A program made the translations under genes and the position numbers. This document shows, piece by piece, positions 1 to 13,742 of a stretch of DNA of 64,000 bases. How positions within the stretch are numbered: position 1 is the stretch's first letter; every line of letters begins with the position of its first letter. This stretch comes from Eledone cirrhosa (taxonomy: Eukaryota). The notes beneath the pieces were generated by a model, which saw only the letters and a list, made by a program, of their open reading frames with translations, was not told where the DNA came from and did not search any database. Where the stretch lies: contig OZ024749.1 in the NCBI GenBank assembly GCA_964016885.1, positions 49,786,001-49,850,000 of the forward strand. The letters are read 5' to 3'.

Positions 1-434
1 CCAAATAAAATGTCATTATTAGAAAACATAAATTCGTACATCTCTGAAACCAAGCGAATTATATTTCAAAATATGAGATCAATGCCAGGAACCGATACAG
101 AATACATAAAAAAAACATCTAAATTTGACATATATAAATGTGTGTGCCTTCATGTATGAATATGTATGCGTATACATATATGTGTGCTTGTGTCTTTTCA
201 GATACGTTGCATCCTGTATATAGCCATAGTTTCAAACATCTGAAACTACTATGTCGACATTGTTTGTTGAGTTTCTACTAAAGAAAATGTATTTTTACAT
301 ATAGAAAGACGATTATAATTTTGCAAAGCTAATTTTACTCTTAAAAGCCTGCAGCGATTCTGAATATATTTCAATGATATATTCCATTTTTGTAAACATT
401 TTCATATCAGTTTATTTAAAATTATCATATAGTA

Positions 435-498
<64 letters not shown>

Positions 499-519
499 TA
501 TATGTAAAAGTTCTATTTA

Positions 520-850
<331 letters not shown>

Positions 851-1033
851 AACTAATAAAACCCCTACCATAACATTTTGATTAAGATATCTACAAGCCA
901 CTCTCTCCTACTTCTCCAACCCCTGCATATCTTTCCTTCTCTCTCCATCTTCCTTACTTTTCTCTCTTCCTGTTCCACTCTATCTTCCCCAACAACCCCA
1001 CTTAAGGGTTTTTACATTGTATATTTACCATTC

Positions 1034-1145
1034 TGCTCTGAGGAAACAGTGGTCACAGCATTGGATATTCGAGTTCTGCAAATACTTGTGAATTTGCACG
1101 TAGCGGAACTAGGCTGCAGTACCACCGTGGAAACACTTGTAAGCA
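1034..1145 (+). ncRNA. Type I hammerhead with long helix II, family B (partly decayed)
   Basis: tgct CUGAGGA aacagtggt ... accaccgtg GAAA c-acuu-g UA^ agca. Nested inner helices are cagc/gctg and agttctgc/gcggaact. It is preceded by a CT-rich tract, and the 845-1340 segment is bounded by (TA)n. Confidence 0.65.
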
Positions 1146-1336
1146 CACGGAATAAACTACCTTTTTATGATGTCTACCTGTTATTATTCATTCTTTATAT
1201 ACACTCCGGAATACTGAAGGATCAGGAACTAAGTTTCTTGAACAATTCTTCCATAACTCGTAGAGTAACCTCTTACCGTACGTCAACCATATCCAGTGTA
1301 GTAATTAACCATCACTGCATCTTGGATAATCCTATA

Positions 1337-1486
<150 letters not shown>

Positions 1487-2068
1487 CATGCATATATATA
1501 AGTGTGTGCGCGCGTGTGTGTACTTGAAGAAGTTAAAATCAGTTTAATCTTCATTTCTTCTTTTTAATTTCGTGTACAATGTCAGTCAGTATATTATATA
1601 TAACCGGAGTTCATCTTTTCTAAATCTACCAAATGTTGTTTAGAAAGTACAAAACATTATCATATATTACTATAGACGTTGTGTAACAAGTATCGGGTTT
1701 TAATTATTTGTTTCTGTATCTTCTTGTATGAGTAGATCATATACCTCAATGAATCCCGTAAACATAGATATACAAGTTTTCAAGCTTCATTTGTGCAGTT
1801 TTCCCTAAGGCAAGACGTTCATAAAAATTGTACTGTAACACATTATTTGCAATTAATCCATATTTAACAATTAATTGGTTTAGATCTCCATTAAATGAAT
1901 TTGTTTGATTGTGTGAACTATTCTCTTTAGTTAAGAGAAAATTGGTTAATTGCTTGTACTGATGATAAAGTGCTTATAAATATTATGAAGAAGTTGTATT
2001 ATAAATTTATATTCAACAGTGTAGCCTGTGAATATTTCTCATATCATAATATATACATATATATGCAT

Positions 2069-2115
<47 letters not shown>

Positions 2116-2117
<2 letters not shown>

Positions 2118-2317
2118 ACGAAGGAAATGTGGTAAGGAACCAGGTGGACAATAAAGCACCAAAGTACACAATACTTAGGGTAGTAGTGTGGGTAATAGGA
2201 ACAAGTAAGACCCCGACGGATGAGCTCAAGCCGTTTCGACGCCTAATTCTGTACTCAATTATGTACAGAATTAGCCGTCGAAACGGCTTCAGCTCAGCCG
2301 TCGGGGTCTGACTTGTT

Positions 2318-2321
<4 letters not shown>
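2116..2321. mobile_element. Fold-back element in (TA)n, family D
   Basis: Long arm aacgaaggaaatgtggtaagg...gccgtttcgacg, hinge at about 2250-2265, short inverted arm ending gttcctat|(TA)n. The arms carry the HHR 3' half GAAAcggc..gccGUC. Confidence 0.85.
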
Positions 2322-2410
<89 letters not shown>

Positions 2411-2665
2411 GTATATATATATATATTTTGTTTTCTTTTTGTTTTCTGACGACTGGTAAATGAAATAATTATCTTATGTTGTTTATTACATAATTAATAA
2501 GCTCTGTAGCCTATATAGAGCACTCTTTTTCCCTGTACCTTTCCGGCGGAATTACTTCATATATATACATATATATATATATAGGCTTAAACATGATGGA
2601 ATGAAAATAAGTAGAAAACAAGAATGGGGGCGGGGGGTTCCCATCAGTGTCTACTGGGGTTCTCG

Positions 2666-2810
2666 GAACAGATTAAAGTTTAAGCAAAGAGTCGCTGCTT
2701 TCACCCTTAACAAGATCTCCTGAACATCATGGTTTTATATATTTTTATATATATATTATCCTTATCGAAGCCGTCTTCGGATTTTAGTCTTCACATTTAT
2801 TATTATTATT
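2666..2810. repeat. Dispersed TA-associated repeat, family M
   Basis: acagattaaagtttaagcaaagartcgctgctttcacccttaac...ggattttagtcttca recurs at 7052-7135, 26155-26272, 27273-27325, 35587-35812 and 55607-55783. Confidence 0.8.
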
Positions 2811-2988
2811 TTGGATTGTTAGTAGCAGTAGAGGGTCAGATGCCATGCTGTGCAGCAAAGAGTTTCGGTCTTGAGTTCAAATCCCGTCGAATTTAATTTG
2901 CCTTTCATCCTTACGGGGTGGATAAAATAAAGTACCAGTAATGCACTGGTTAATTGCTGGTCTTGTGCCAAACGTAGAAACAATTATT
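2811..2988 (+). mobile_element. tRNA-derived Deu/Nin-domain SINE
   Basis: B-box-like gagttcaaatccc, central gcctttcatccttacgggg..gataaaataaagtaccag, tail gaaacaattatt. Confidence 0.85.
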
Positions 2989-2993
2989 ATCAT

Positions 2994-3029
<36 letters not shown>

Positions 3030-3637
3030 ATATATTATATATGTGTGTGGGTGTGGGTGTGGGTATGTGCGTGGGTGTATGTGTGAGTGTATATATATAT
3101 ATATAGAGAGAGAGATAGAGAATAAGAGTGAATTACCAACATAACCCGCCCATGTTTCAAGTATATTTGGTATGTATATATTTGGATTTAACATCTACTC
3201 TGCAGCAAAGTATAACTTCATTTTATTTATAACTCCCAAGGGAATTGTGATACGATATTATAAATGATTAAAAAATGGAAATATAACATGTATCAATCCT
3301 ATTATCTCACGGTATATGTTAATCAACATTTCTAATCTTTATGTAAATCAGTAAACCTTTCTTGTGTTGTATGGAGAAATATCCTTATCACCAAAAAATA
3401 CAAACAAGGCTTGATGAAAAACAATATTATATTCAAAATATAGGTATAATATTGGAATGCATGTCGTATTTTCAAGACATGTTGGCTGCGAATCATTATA
3501 TAATCAGTAGAGGCCACACGTACGTTAAACAGCTATATATGAATTAATAATATAAATGCAATTTTCATATTGGAGTGAACAAAAACTTAGTGCATTTTAA
3601 AATGAAATTAGATACACACACAAGCGCGCGCACGCAC

Positions 3638-3676
<39 letters not shown>

Positions 3677-3749
3677 AATATAAATATTTATGCATATATA
3701 TATTATATATATATATATAATATATATGTATATATATATTTATATATAC

Positions 3750-3795
<46 letters not shown>

Positions 3796-3850
3796 GTATA
3801 TATAAATATATATATACATATATATAATATATATATATAATATATATATA

Positions 3851-3932
<82 letters not shown>

Positions 3933-3991
3933 TATATTTATATATATGCATATATATATATATGCATATATATATATTTATATATTCATAT

Positions 3992-4061
<70 letters not shown>

Positions 4062-4777
4062 ATATATATATATATGTGTGTGTGTGCGTGCGCATGTGTG
4101 TGGGTGTGTCTAATTTTATTTTAAAAGGTATTAAGTTTTAATTTATTTATATGAATAAAAATCATATATGGAACAAGAGATAAAATATCGCTGACAAAAG
4201 TAATTCAATGTTGAATACAGGAGAACAAGCTATAATATTATGATCCTACATGCTTACTTCAGTATTTCCCCAACCGGGTATATCTTTAACTTTCACGTTT
4301 GAGGTAAAAATAAGCACAATATTATTCTGCTGTTGTTGCTAAAAGTTGACTAAATGTTCTATAATGAAGAACAGAATGAAATATATATTTCACTCCCCAC
4401 AGATTTTTTACAGTTATCGTTTTCATAAAGTGTACATGAAATATGTTGATTATTATGTAACTCTATTTAACGCTTTATTATATCACTTGAGACATCAGAA
4501 TATGTCAACATTATTTTCATATATTTATAGGATATATTTATTTTATTTGACATCAATTGAGTATAATATGGTATAATACAAGGATGCTTCATACTGTTTT
4601 ATGCAACATTGAAATACTTGAAACACCTTACTCTATTGCCACAAATATGGTATAATTTCAAATACATAATGTCAGAAAGTAATCCCATTTAACTTATAGT
4701 ATCACATCTCACAAGACACTGTGTAATATTATGTCTACTCAATTATATTTTGTCGTTTATTTATTATTACAATGCCT

Positions 4778-4838
<61 letters not shown>

Positions 4839-4842
4839 CTCT

Positions 4843-4949
<107 letters not shown>

Positions 4950-5326
4950 CACATCTCCTTCAATATATATGTATATATTTGAACTGTCGAGTATCACACC
5001 GGTCTGCAAAGATGGATGAGCGAGAAATATAACAATTGTTTAGGTAAATAATATTTCATCAATGCAGACACTAACATTTGTTCTACCTGTTCTGCAAGTT
5101 GTTTGAAAATAGTTGTAATCAATATATTGACTATGGATATAGACTAACCAAAATGTATTACTATAGGTAGACCAAGTTATCTGTTCTTCCACAGGCATAT
5201 CTTACGGACGAACGCTTATATACTTATATATGTAGATATTATATTCAAGAGAATAGTATTTTGTCTGTACACATGTAGTTACGTACATATGTAAAATGAT
5301 ACGTGTATATGCAAATATACATAGTT

Positions 5327-6053
5327 ATCCTATGGACTGAGTACTCAACTTACTACCGATATAACATCTCGATGTTATACTGCTATATATATATATACAT
5401 ATATATATAATGCGGATGCATTCATGTATATATGTGTGCGTCCGCATGTATCTGTGTGTTTCTAAATATATTAATAACTCCCTCTGGTCGAGCAATCTTT
5501 GAGGTGTGGGGACAACTGGAAAGCTTCCATTACTCATACTTCTCGCCTTCTTCACTACCCCTTCTACGGCCTCGATATGAATACCCCCTCCGCCTCCGTG
5601 GTATTTTCTTCGTGGTTATAAGAGGCTTAGCTCTGTTTCTCGACCGTTATATCGCGTGACTATCTCCCCCTCCGCCTTTTGGGATTCTTTCTCACGTCGT
5701 GTAGACGCGTTCTTGAGACTAGTAAAATGAGGTATCCTCTTGATAAGTCGGCAGACCTCGCAAGGACTCTATATCTTTGATATATTGTTTTTGTTTATGC
5801 CACGAAACTACGTAGTCGAGGAATTTAGGAACAGTTTAAGTATGATACATTTTATTACTAATTATATCTAAATGTTTCTTCTCTCTTCATAATGTATTTT
5901 TAACTCTGATACTGGTTCAGTCTAGTTCAAACTGAATTGGTCTGTCCCAGTCATTCATTGAGCAACATCGGTGAAGTTGGCACCCTTAACTCACAGTTGG
6001 GTGCGGATGCATTCATGTATATATGTGTGCGTCCGCATGTATCTGTGTGTTTC

Positions 6054-6090
<37 letters not shown>

Positions 6091-6157
6091 GTATTAGTAG
6101 TAGTATAACAACGTGAGGTTATATCGGTAGTAAGTTGAGCACTAAGTCCATAGGACG
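5327..6157 (+). mobile_element. HHR-bearing element, family C, with direct repeats 591 bp apart and outer inverted repeats
   Basis: A ~59-bp direct repeat tgcggatgcattc...ttctaaatat occurs at 5411 and 6002. 5327-5385 is an inverted copy of about 6100-6157. The HHR lies at 5735-5822. Confidence 0.75.
5735..5822 (+). ncRNA. Type I hammerhead, U3-A8 core variant, family C
   Basis: tcctc UUGAUAA gt(c)ggca ... tgccac GAAA c-uacgua-G UC^ gagga. Helix III region is the palindrome ACTACGTAGT, with a GUC cleavage triplet. Confidence 0.8.
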
Positions 6158-7051
6158 AGTTCGGTATAAACCAGGTATGGCTTGCTAATTTGTTATGGAA
6201 CACACCTTACATATGTATATATAGTATATAGGGAGTGAGAGTGACATGGACGCCCGTTTTCCATTATTCATGTTTAATATTGGTGAAAAAATATTGGTGG
6301 TGTTTGTTTATTTCTGTATATATAGAATATTTGTTGGCATCTGCGTAAGACTCGTCTCATTGAGACGATATTGATATGTTCTGACAAATTTGTCAAGTAT
6401 GCATTTCCATTATCTAAAATTAAATGCTGACTATTTCAGCATATGCATATTTACTTAAAACTTAAAACATGAACACTACAATGTAAATTCAGTTGAGAGG
6501 CGGCCTGAACAAAGCTTTGATATTTTTCTACGGAAATATCACACCACTGTTTATTGTGAAGTATTTTAATAATACAGATGATGGGGTTTCTTGCATGTAA
6601 TTATGGTAATTGGCTGTTAGAATTCTAATTAACACCCAAACTGAATTTGCTCTGAATAAAGGAAACACATTATTTCGTTCTTATTTTCGTTGCCATGCAC
6701 ATGGATTCTATATACGTGTTTGCATTTGTATGAAAATGTTTAAACAATTCATTTGCAATTTGGGAAGGGGGATATCATTTTCTAATTAAATGTGCCTGTG
6801 TTTGCGTGTTTCAATCCTTAAGATTTAATTTGTACATCTTGATGAATCAGTTATTTTATATATTAATTTATACGATTGTAGTTTTGTACCAGTTTATTCG
6901 CATGCGACTTTCTATGTTCAGACAGAAATAAAGACATAGATATCTAAACATATTCCCATGCACACAAACGCACACACTGCTATATGTATATTTGCATTTT
7001 TGAATATATATATATATATATATATATAAGAACCCTAGAGCCCTAGAGCAA

Positions 7052-7135
7052 ATATTTATTAAAATAACAGATTAAAGTTTAAGCAAAGAATCGCTGCTTT
7101 CACCCTTAACTTTAGTCTGTTATTTTAATAAATAT
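7052..7135. repeat. Family M fold-back (about 27-bp arms)
   Basis: tatttattaaaataacagattaaagtt ... aactttagtctgttattttaataaata. Confidence 0.8.
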
Positions 7136-7147
7136 ATATATATATAT

Positions 7148-7330
7148 GGGAAAATAGTCAGGAAACCGCGACGGCTGAGCTCCGGCCATTTCCACAGCTG
7201 AATTCGAAACGGCCGGAGCTCAGCCGTCAAGTTCCTGACTATTTTCATATTACCTACTCTACCACCGTAAATATCGAGTACTCTGGTGCGTTATGGTTCA
7301 CTTGGTATCTTAGCACACCTTCTTTGTTAT
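7148..7330. mobile_element. Diverged family D fold-back copy
   Basis: gaaaatagtcaggaa..gacggctgagctccggcc / gaaacggccggagctcagccgtc..ttcctgactattttc, followed by a family D-like tail and (TA)n. Confidence 0.75.
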
Positions 7331-7809
7331 ATATATATATAATGTGGGTGTGCGCGCGCGTGCGTGTGGGTGTGTGTATTAATATTCTCTTTATAATGCC
7401 TTTTAAATCATATACTTAAAAAGTGTTTTTGTCGAAGAATGTGTATGATTGTGTGTGTGTTTGCCATCCAGGAATGAGTGACAGATTGTTAGCAAGACTC
7501 TGTGGTTGTTGACCAAATATAGCTAGGATGGACCCTGTCATATGCATCTTACCTGTACAGCGGTTCTCCTAGGTGTTGCACAAACTAGATAGACACGTTG
7601 ATAACGAGGCAAGCAAGGGAATAAGAAAGTAAAGACAAAGCTGTCTTACAATTGTGCATTTTCTAGTGATATTATATTTATATCTACAATCTTTGACAAA
7701 TTCTCTCTATTAGGACTATTCGACCTATCCTTTTTAGATTCTTTGTCTTTTTCAGTCTCTCACATGTCCACCTGATTTATATTACTATCATTATATTGTT
7801 TCCTACAAC

Positions 7810-7998
7810 GGCGGTAAATTGGCAGTATTGCTAGAGGGTTGGACGCCATGCTTTCTAGCACAGTTACGTCCATTTACAGTCCGAGTTATAATCCCCCCGA
7901 GGTTAACTTTGCCTTTCATCCTTACGGGGTCGATAAAATAAAGTACCAGTAATATACTGGGTAATTGCTAGCCTTGTGCCTAAAGGAGAAACAATTAT
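7810..7998 (+). mobile_element. Full-length Deu/Nin-domain SINE with 20-bp TSD
   Basis: Head ggcggtaaattggcag. TSD attatattgtttcctacaac at 7790-7809 and 7994-8013. Confidence 0.9.
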
Positions 7999-8392
7999 AT
8001 TGTTTCCTACAACACCCCTGTTAACCTTTAGCCAATCAATTTGCCTTTAATCTCTCCATTGTGGCAAAGGGCAAACATTTTATCTTCAGCTCCCAACCCG
8101 ACCAAATTCTGTTGATGACAACCATAACGTTTCATCTTAATTATATATTCAGCACTAACCTGTACCGCATTTTACAGGCTAAGAGACTTGACCGTATAAA
8201 TATATTTGTATACGCAAGGCATTGGTCGGAAGACACCCATAAAGACTCAGCTGCATGTTAACAACAGAGCAGTTTCTCTATTATGTTGCGAAAACTAATA
8301 TAACAGTTGTAACATGAACTTATTTGGTGGAATTGCATCCCTCGTGGAGGTGTGTGAGGTAAAAATTTACTTTACAAAACTGCACATTCCGA

Positions 8393-8456
<64 letters not shown>

Positions 8457-8461
8457 ACACG

Positions 8462-8495
<34 letters not shown>

Positions 8496-8499
8496 GAGA

Positions 8500-8753
8500 G
8501 AGATTTTGAGTATATGTTGGTTGTATACCAACACCTCAGTATGCAGGCTGGAGCATTCGACGAAGTGCGCAGGTTGGTTTTGGTTACTCCGGAGTAATGT
8601 ACAATAAAGTAAAGTAAAAGTCAAATGTTTAAAATTTAGCTTCGTTTATTACTGCGACAGTAATAAACGAAGCTAACTTTTAAAAATTTCACTTTTATTT
8701 CACTTTATTTTACACCAGTAATAAACGAAGCTAAATTTTAAACATTTCAGTTT

Positions 8754-8760
<7 letters not shown>
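8500..8760. mobile_element. Family H element that folds back at the predicted HHR cleavage site
   Basis: Homologous to 53968-54120. It stops at ttattactgc (8655) and is followed by two inverted copies starting cagtaataaacg at 8658 and 8716. Confidence 0.8.
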
Positions 8761-8816
<56 letters not shown>

Positions 8817-8818
<2 letters not shown>

Positions 8819-9421
8819 GACGGAAATATGGTACGGAACCAGATGGACCATGACGCACCAAAGTACTCAATATTTAGGGTAGTAGAGTGGGTAATAGGAA
8901 CGAGTAGGACCCCGACGGCTGAGCTCAAGCCGTTTCGACGGCTAATTCTGGACTAAATGACATTTTTTATCCTGGTCAATGAATACCCGAGCTTCTCAGG
9001 CGGTACATTCCATATATGTGATTGTAAAAGCGGTATATTCCATATATGTGATGTAAAAGTGATTGTCACAAGGATTGGTCAAAAGTTTGTTGTTGAGACA
9101 CATAATTCTATCAGGGCATTTTGTGGAAGGAGGGTTAGCTGAACTTGCAAGTAGAAGAAAGAGGGAGAGGAAGTGGGGGAAACCCAGTCGTGCGTCGAAA
9201 GTGACGACTACAGCAGAATCCTAAGGATAAGAGGTCAAGAGGATTAAGTCGAAACAATAAGTAAATGTATGTGGAGTATATCTATATAGAAAAATAAGAA
9301 TGTTAAAAATATAAAAAAACACATTTTCTGGTTAATATTCCCCTACCACAATGTCTAGAATTAGTCTAGAATTTGGCGTCGAAACGGCTTGAGGTCAGCC
9401 GTCGGAGTCCTACTCGTTGCT
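8817..9421. mobile_element. Longest family D copy (hinge about 400 bp)
   Basis: Long arm 8817-8960, interior homologous to 48740-48870, short inverted arm about 9360-9421, with (TA)n on both flanks. Confidence 0.85.
8909..9004 (-). ncRNA. Type I hammerhead, family D (core CUGAGAA here, UUGAAAA in the copy at 48780-48786)
   Basis: accgc CUGAGAA g-ct-cgggtattc ... gaattagccg-t-c GAAA cggcu-ugagcuc-agccG UC^ ggggt. The other copy gives helix I cccc/gggg. Confidence 0.65.
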
Positions 9422-9437
9422 ATATATAAAAATATAT

Positions 9438-9652
<215 letters not shown>

Positions 9653-9730
9653 CATTTATGTATGTATATATATATTTTGGGGGGTAAATATATATATAAA
9701 TATGTATATACGTGTATACATATATATATA

Positions 9731-9830
9731 GCCATCGGTGTCGTGAATCATTTTCATATTTCCCACTCTACTGCCCCAAGTATCATTTACTCTAGTTGGT
9801 TATGGTCCAGCAGGTTTTTACCACGACCTA

Positions 9831-9836
<6 letters not shown>
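9731..9836 (+). mobile_element. Diverged family D 3' fragment
   Basis: gccatcggtgtc...cccactctact...tatggtcca aligns to the family D tail. It begins about 6 nt before the predicted GUC cleavage position. Confidence 0.55.
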
Positions 9837-9874
<38 letters not shown>

Positions 9875-10688
9875 GTGGGGTATGTACAAACCCATATGTG
9901 TGTGTGTAAATACTTATAAATTTATATGCAGTTTCAAAAGCTAACCTAATAAACATACATGATATTTGACTTTCAAATAGCTAAGTGAGTTTGGGATATG
10001 CTGTATATAGAAAAGACAGATGGATTTGCATATAAAAGCAAACCGAATTAATAATTCATTTACATCTTTTATTTATTCACCACCCAAGGAACTCCTCCTT
10101 GCCTCTATTACTTGTAATCTCGCTCTTACTTTCCTTATGTGTGTTACCATCCGTTTCTCTATTTCGGATTTGTTTACGATTCTTCAATACAAAAGCCTCT
10201 ATCATTGAGGTGGATTCAGTCAGATTATATTTTACAAACAATGTACCTCTGGAGATGATATGCTATTGTTTTCGAAGTGTATTGTGGGATATATTTGCAT
10301 TTGAAATAATTCAGCGTTTGCAAGACAATTTATTTTTCAAATTCTTAGAAATGTTTTGACATCCTTTTCATTCATATGGGGTTTATATAATTTACAAACG
10401 TTTATTTTATGTATTTTTAACAGAACAGAATTGTTTCCGTATAAATGAAATAAATATCATTCCTTTTTGTGAAGAAACTGAGTTTTGGTCAGTTGGTTGT
10501 GTATGTTTAATGGAATAAAGAAAGCATATTTCATTATGTGCATCTTTGGTGGATAAATCAATTTCACATTAAAGATAATATAAACGGTTGGACATATTAC
10601 CCAGAATCAATATAATCCTATGCTCCCACACACTGGCAAAGCATAAAGAAACACGACCACACACACATGTATACACGCGTGTGTGTGT

Positions 10689-10749
<61 letters not shown>

Positions 10750-11090
10750 TTGAAAAAAATGAAAACGAAATTTCATTTCTCACTCTTAGTATGGCACTCA
10801 ATATGCAAATTAGGCTGCTCAGCCGTTAATTTTCATAAGGAAAGTATATACTTTCGAACGTTCAACTATCTGGCAGATGGGTAAACGGTGCTGATGATAG
10901 CTAACAAGCTTGAAACTAGTACATCGTTCCTGTGTCAGTGTTGAACAAAAAGGTGACGTGGTTGCCTTAACACCGTATGGCATAAATTCAGGCTGTTCGA
11001 TTTGTAGACAAACAAACGAACAAAGCAGGCGTTATAATAAACGTCGGCTAAACTGATGCGTGCATATATGTATGTGTACCTGTATGCATA

Positions 11091-11146
<56 letters not shown>

Positions 11147-11196
11147 TGCTACTGTACGTCTGTATACATATATGTATGTACGTATACATACATACT

Positions 11197-11197
<1 letters not shown>
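10750..11197 (+). mobile_element. HHR-bearing element, family E
   Basis: Reverse-complement homologue of 26311-26930. Its first ~45 bp is an inverted piece of the same element. Flanked by (TA)n. Confidence 0.75.
10884..10928 (+). ncRNA. Minimal type I hammerhead, family E
   Basis: aacggtg CUGAUGA tagct-aaca-agctt GAAA c-ua-g UA^ catcgtt. Helix III region is the palindrome ACTAGT. Confidence 0.85.
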
Positions 11198-11241
<44 letters not shown>

Positions 11242-11952
11242 TCCATTACTATCTGGTATACAGCGGTCACAATTTTCATTCATATACCAATTATAGATGC
11301 CTGTATATATATATATATATTTATATATATAATTATATATATATATCTATATATCTATATATTTATACATATATATATGTGTGTGGGGGGGGGGGGTGTA
11401 TCACATACTCCTCTGCAAATTTTGCCTCGTGTCATTGTCTTTTACCATCAGTTTTATGCAGCAGGTACGTACACTATTCTACATGCTTCATGTGAACTAC
11501 GTCGAAAAGACTCACCGTTTTGTATACTTCCTCGTTTGTTCTCTCAGGTTGCGGTATTACAATGCTTGGTTCACGGGGCAGAATGTTTCCATTATGAAGT
11601 TCTATATTATATAAAATGTAATTGAGGGAGAGTTCAGTTTTAATATCTTGAGACCGTTGTTATCATGAGGAAACCTTTGATTATAAAAGGAATGTATAGG
11701 TTTTTTCTCCACTGTATACCTATAACACATATGCCCAAAGTTTAGGTTATATACATTTGCCTTAACTAAACAAACTTTCCCCTGTGCAGCAAATAACTCG
11801 ATGATAATGTGTAAGAGATACTACATAATTGATTGTGTTACTGAGTTAGGAGCCGATAATGCATATAGCTTCATCAGTAACTGTATTACCTGGTACTCTC
11901 GGAGGATATTGGATATAAGTGCATGACATGTGTAGGAGGAGAATACGTATAT

Positions 11953-12070
11953 AGGCGTGTGGCTGAGTGGTTAGAGAATTGGATTCACAATCTTGAGGTT
12001 GTGAGTTCGATTCCTGGACCGGGCGATGCGTTATGTCCTTGAGCAAGGCACTTTATTTCACGTTGATCCT
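11953..12070 (+). mobile_element. tRNA-headed CORE-like SINE, 5' half
   Basis: A box tggctgagtgg, B box gagttcgattcc, then tgtccttgagcaaggcacttta, which resembles the CORE domain. Confidence 0.75.
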
Positions 12071-12163
12071 TCTACCTGGAGTTGAGACCGATAGATAGTA
12101 TTAGCAACTGGAAAGACCAGCGGAAACATTGTTTCCTCGGTCCGATTTGACGAAAGTCGATCG

Positions 12164-12203
<40 letters not shown>

Positions 12204-13459
12204 ACGGCAGTAGATATTTATTGAATTATCATAGTAATTGAATGTTAGATACACCTCAACCATACATGCGCTTCCCATTTATAATACATCTCGTTTTACA
12301 TTAGTTATTGCTTTTGTATACCTTATTCGAAGTAATATTCAAATAAATGTAACCTACAAGATTCTATAGCGGTTTCTGCGACGCACTTAATTAGTTGTGC
12401 TATCCAAACATTCTATGAGTTCTATATTCAAATATTTCTGACTCCTACAATAAACATGTATATGCTTAAAACTCCTTAGACCCTTGTTAAAGTGAGGAAA
12501 CATAACATTTATGATATATTTAGATGAATAGAAGTATTATAATTAATATTTCCCTTCATCAAGAGATGAAATATTATTTTTATACAAATCTTCCCATATT
12601 TTAGATTGATTAGGCTTAAGTATTAATTATTTAAGCTAATGTTCAATATCTCATATTAGATGTTTAGTAATGATTAATACGAAATGCACTTAAACCGAAT
12701 ACTATATTATAAATTCACTTACATAATCATCGTGTCGTCTCGAGTTCGTTATGAGTCTCTTTTTTATAAAAGGATACCACACAGTGTACGATAGATAATG
12801 ATTACAATATTTTTGAGCAAGAATTCTAGTCCCACACTTTTGAAGGTTTATTATAACATTCTGTGGCTCTTTTGAGCTTCCGCATTTTTCAGTTCTAGTT
12901 TAATATTTTATTAAGGCAAAGCTTGTAATAACTCTAGTTAAACATGATATATTAATAATAATTTATTGTTGTATGTAATTAGATTATATAATTGTTATTT
13001 TATAAATGATCTTATAAATATTATTGTAAGATGTATAACAATATTTTCAGACTTTTAATATAAAAAAACTACAAAAAACAATCAATATTAAATAAAAATA
13101 TTTTACATAATAATTGTTATAGTTGAATTAATAAAGAATAAATATTACATACAAATAGTCTAACATAATAATAAAAAAATAATCTAACATAATAATAATA
13201 AAATAATCTAACATAAAACGAACAATAATATGCACATATATACAAGTAAATATGATACAACGAATATGGTAAGCATGTTATAACAAAATGAAAAAATAAA
13301 AATTTTATAAATCATATATAAAATAACAATATAACTTTCCCTTAATATTATAATTTCGAAGCAGTAAACATGCAATTCAAACCGATACTAGACTTATGGA
13401 GGAGCTGAAATCCTGGTCGAATTTGGCAACACCATATATATATATGTATATATATATAT

Positions 13460-13675
13460 ATAACGAAGGAAATGTGGTAAGGAAACAGGTGGACCATAAC
13501 GCACCAAAGTACTCAATACCTAGGGTAGCAGAGTGGGTAATAGGAACGAGTAGGACCCCGAGGGCTTAGCTCAAGCCGTTTCGACGGCTAATTATGGACA
13601 AAAAAAATAATATATTTTTTAGTCCAGAATTTGCCGTCGAAACGGCTTGAGCTCAGCCGTCGGGGTCCTACTCGT

Positions 13676-13679
<4 letters not shown>
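13460..13679. mobile_element. Family D fold-back copy
   Basis: Same termini as 2116-2321. AT-rich hinge at about 13600-13620. Confidence 0.88.

Positions 13680-13742
<63 letters not shown>

Noticed and set aside
2116-2321. Family D as a MITE with terminal inverted repeats
   Set aside because: The inverted repeats are asymmetric rather than terminal, the hinge varies between copies, and the arms contain hammerhead halves.
11953-12025. tRNA gene
   Set aside because: A and B boxes are present but the acceptor stem is not intact, and it runs into a SINE body, so it is a SINE head.
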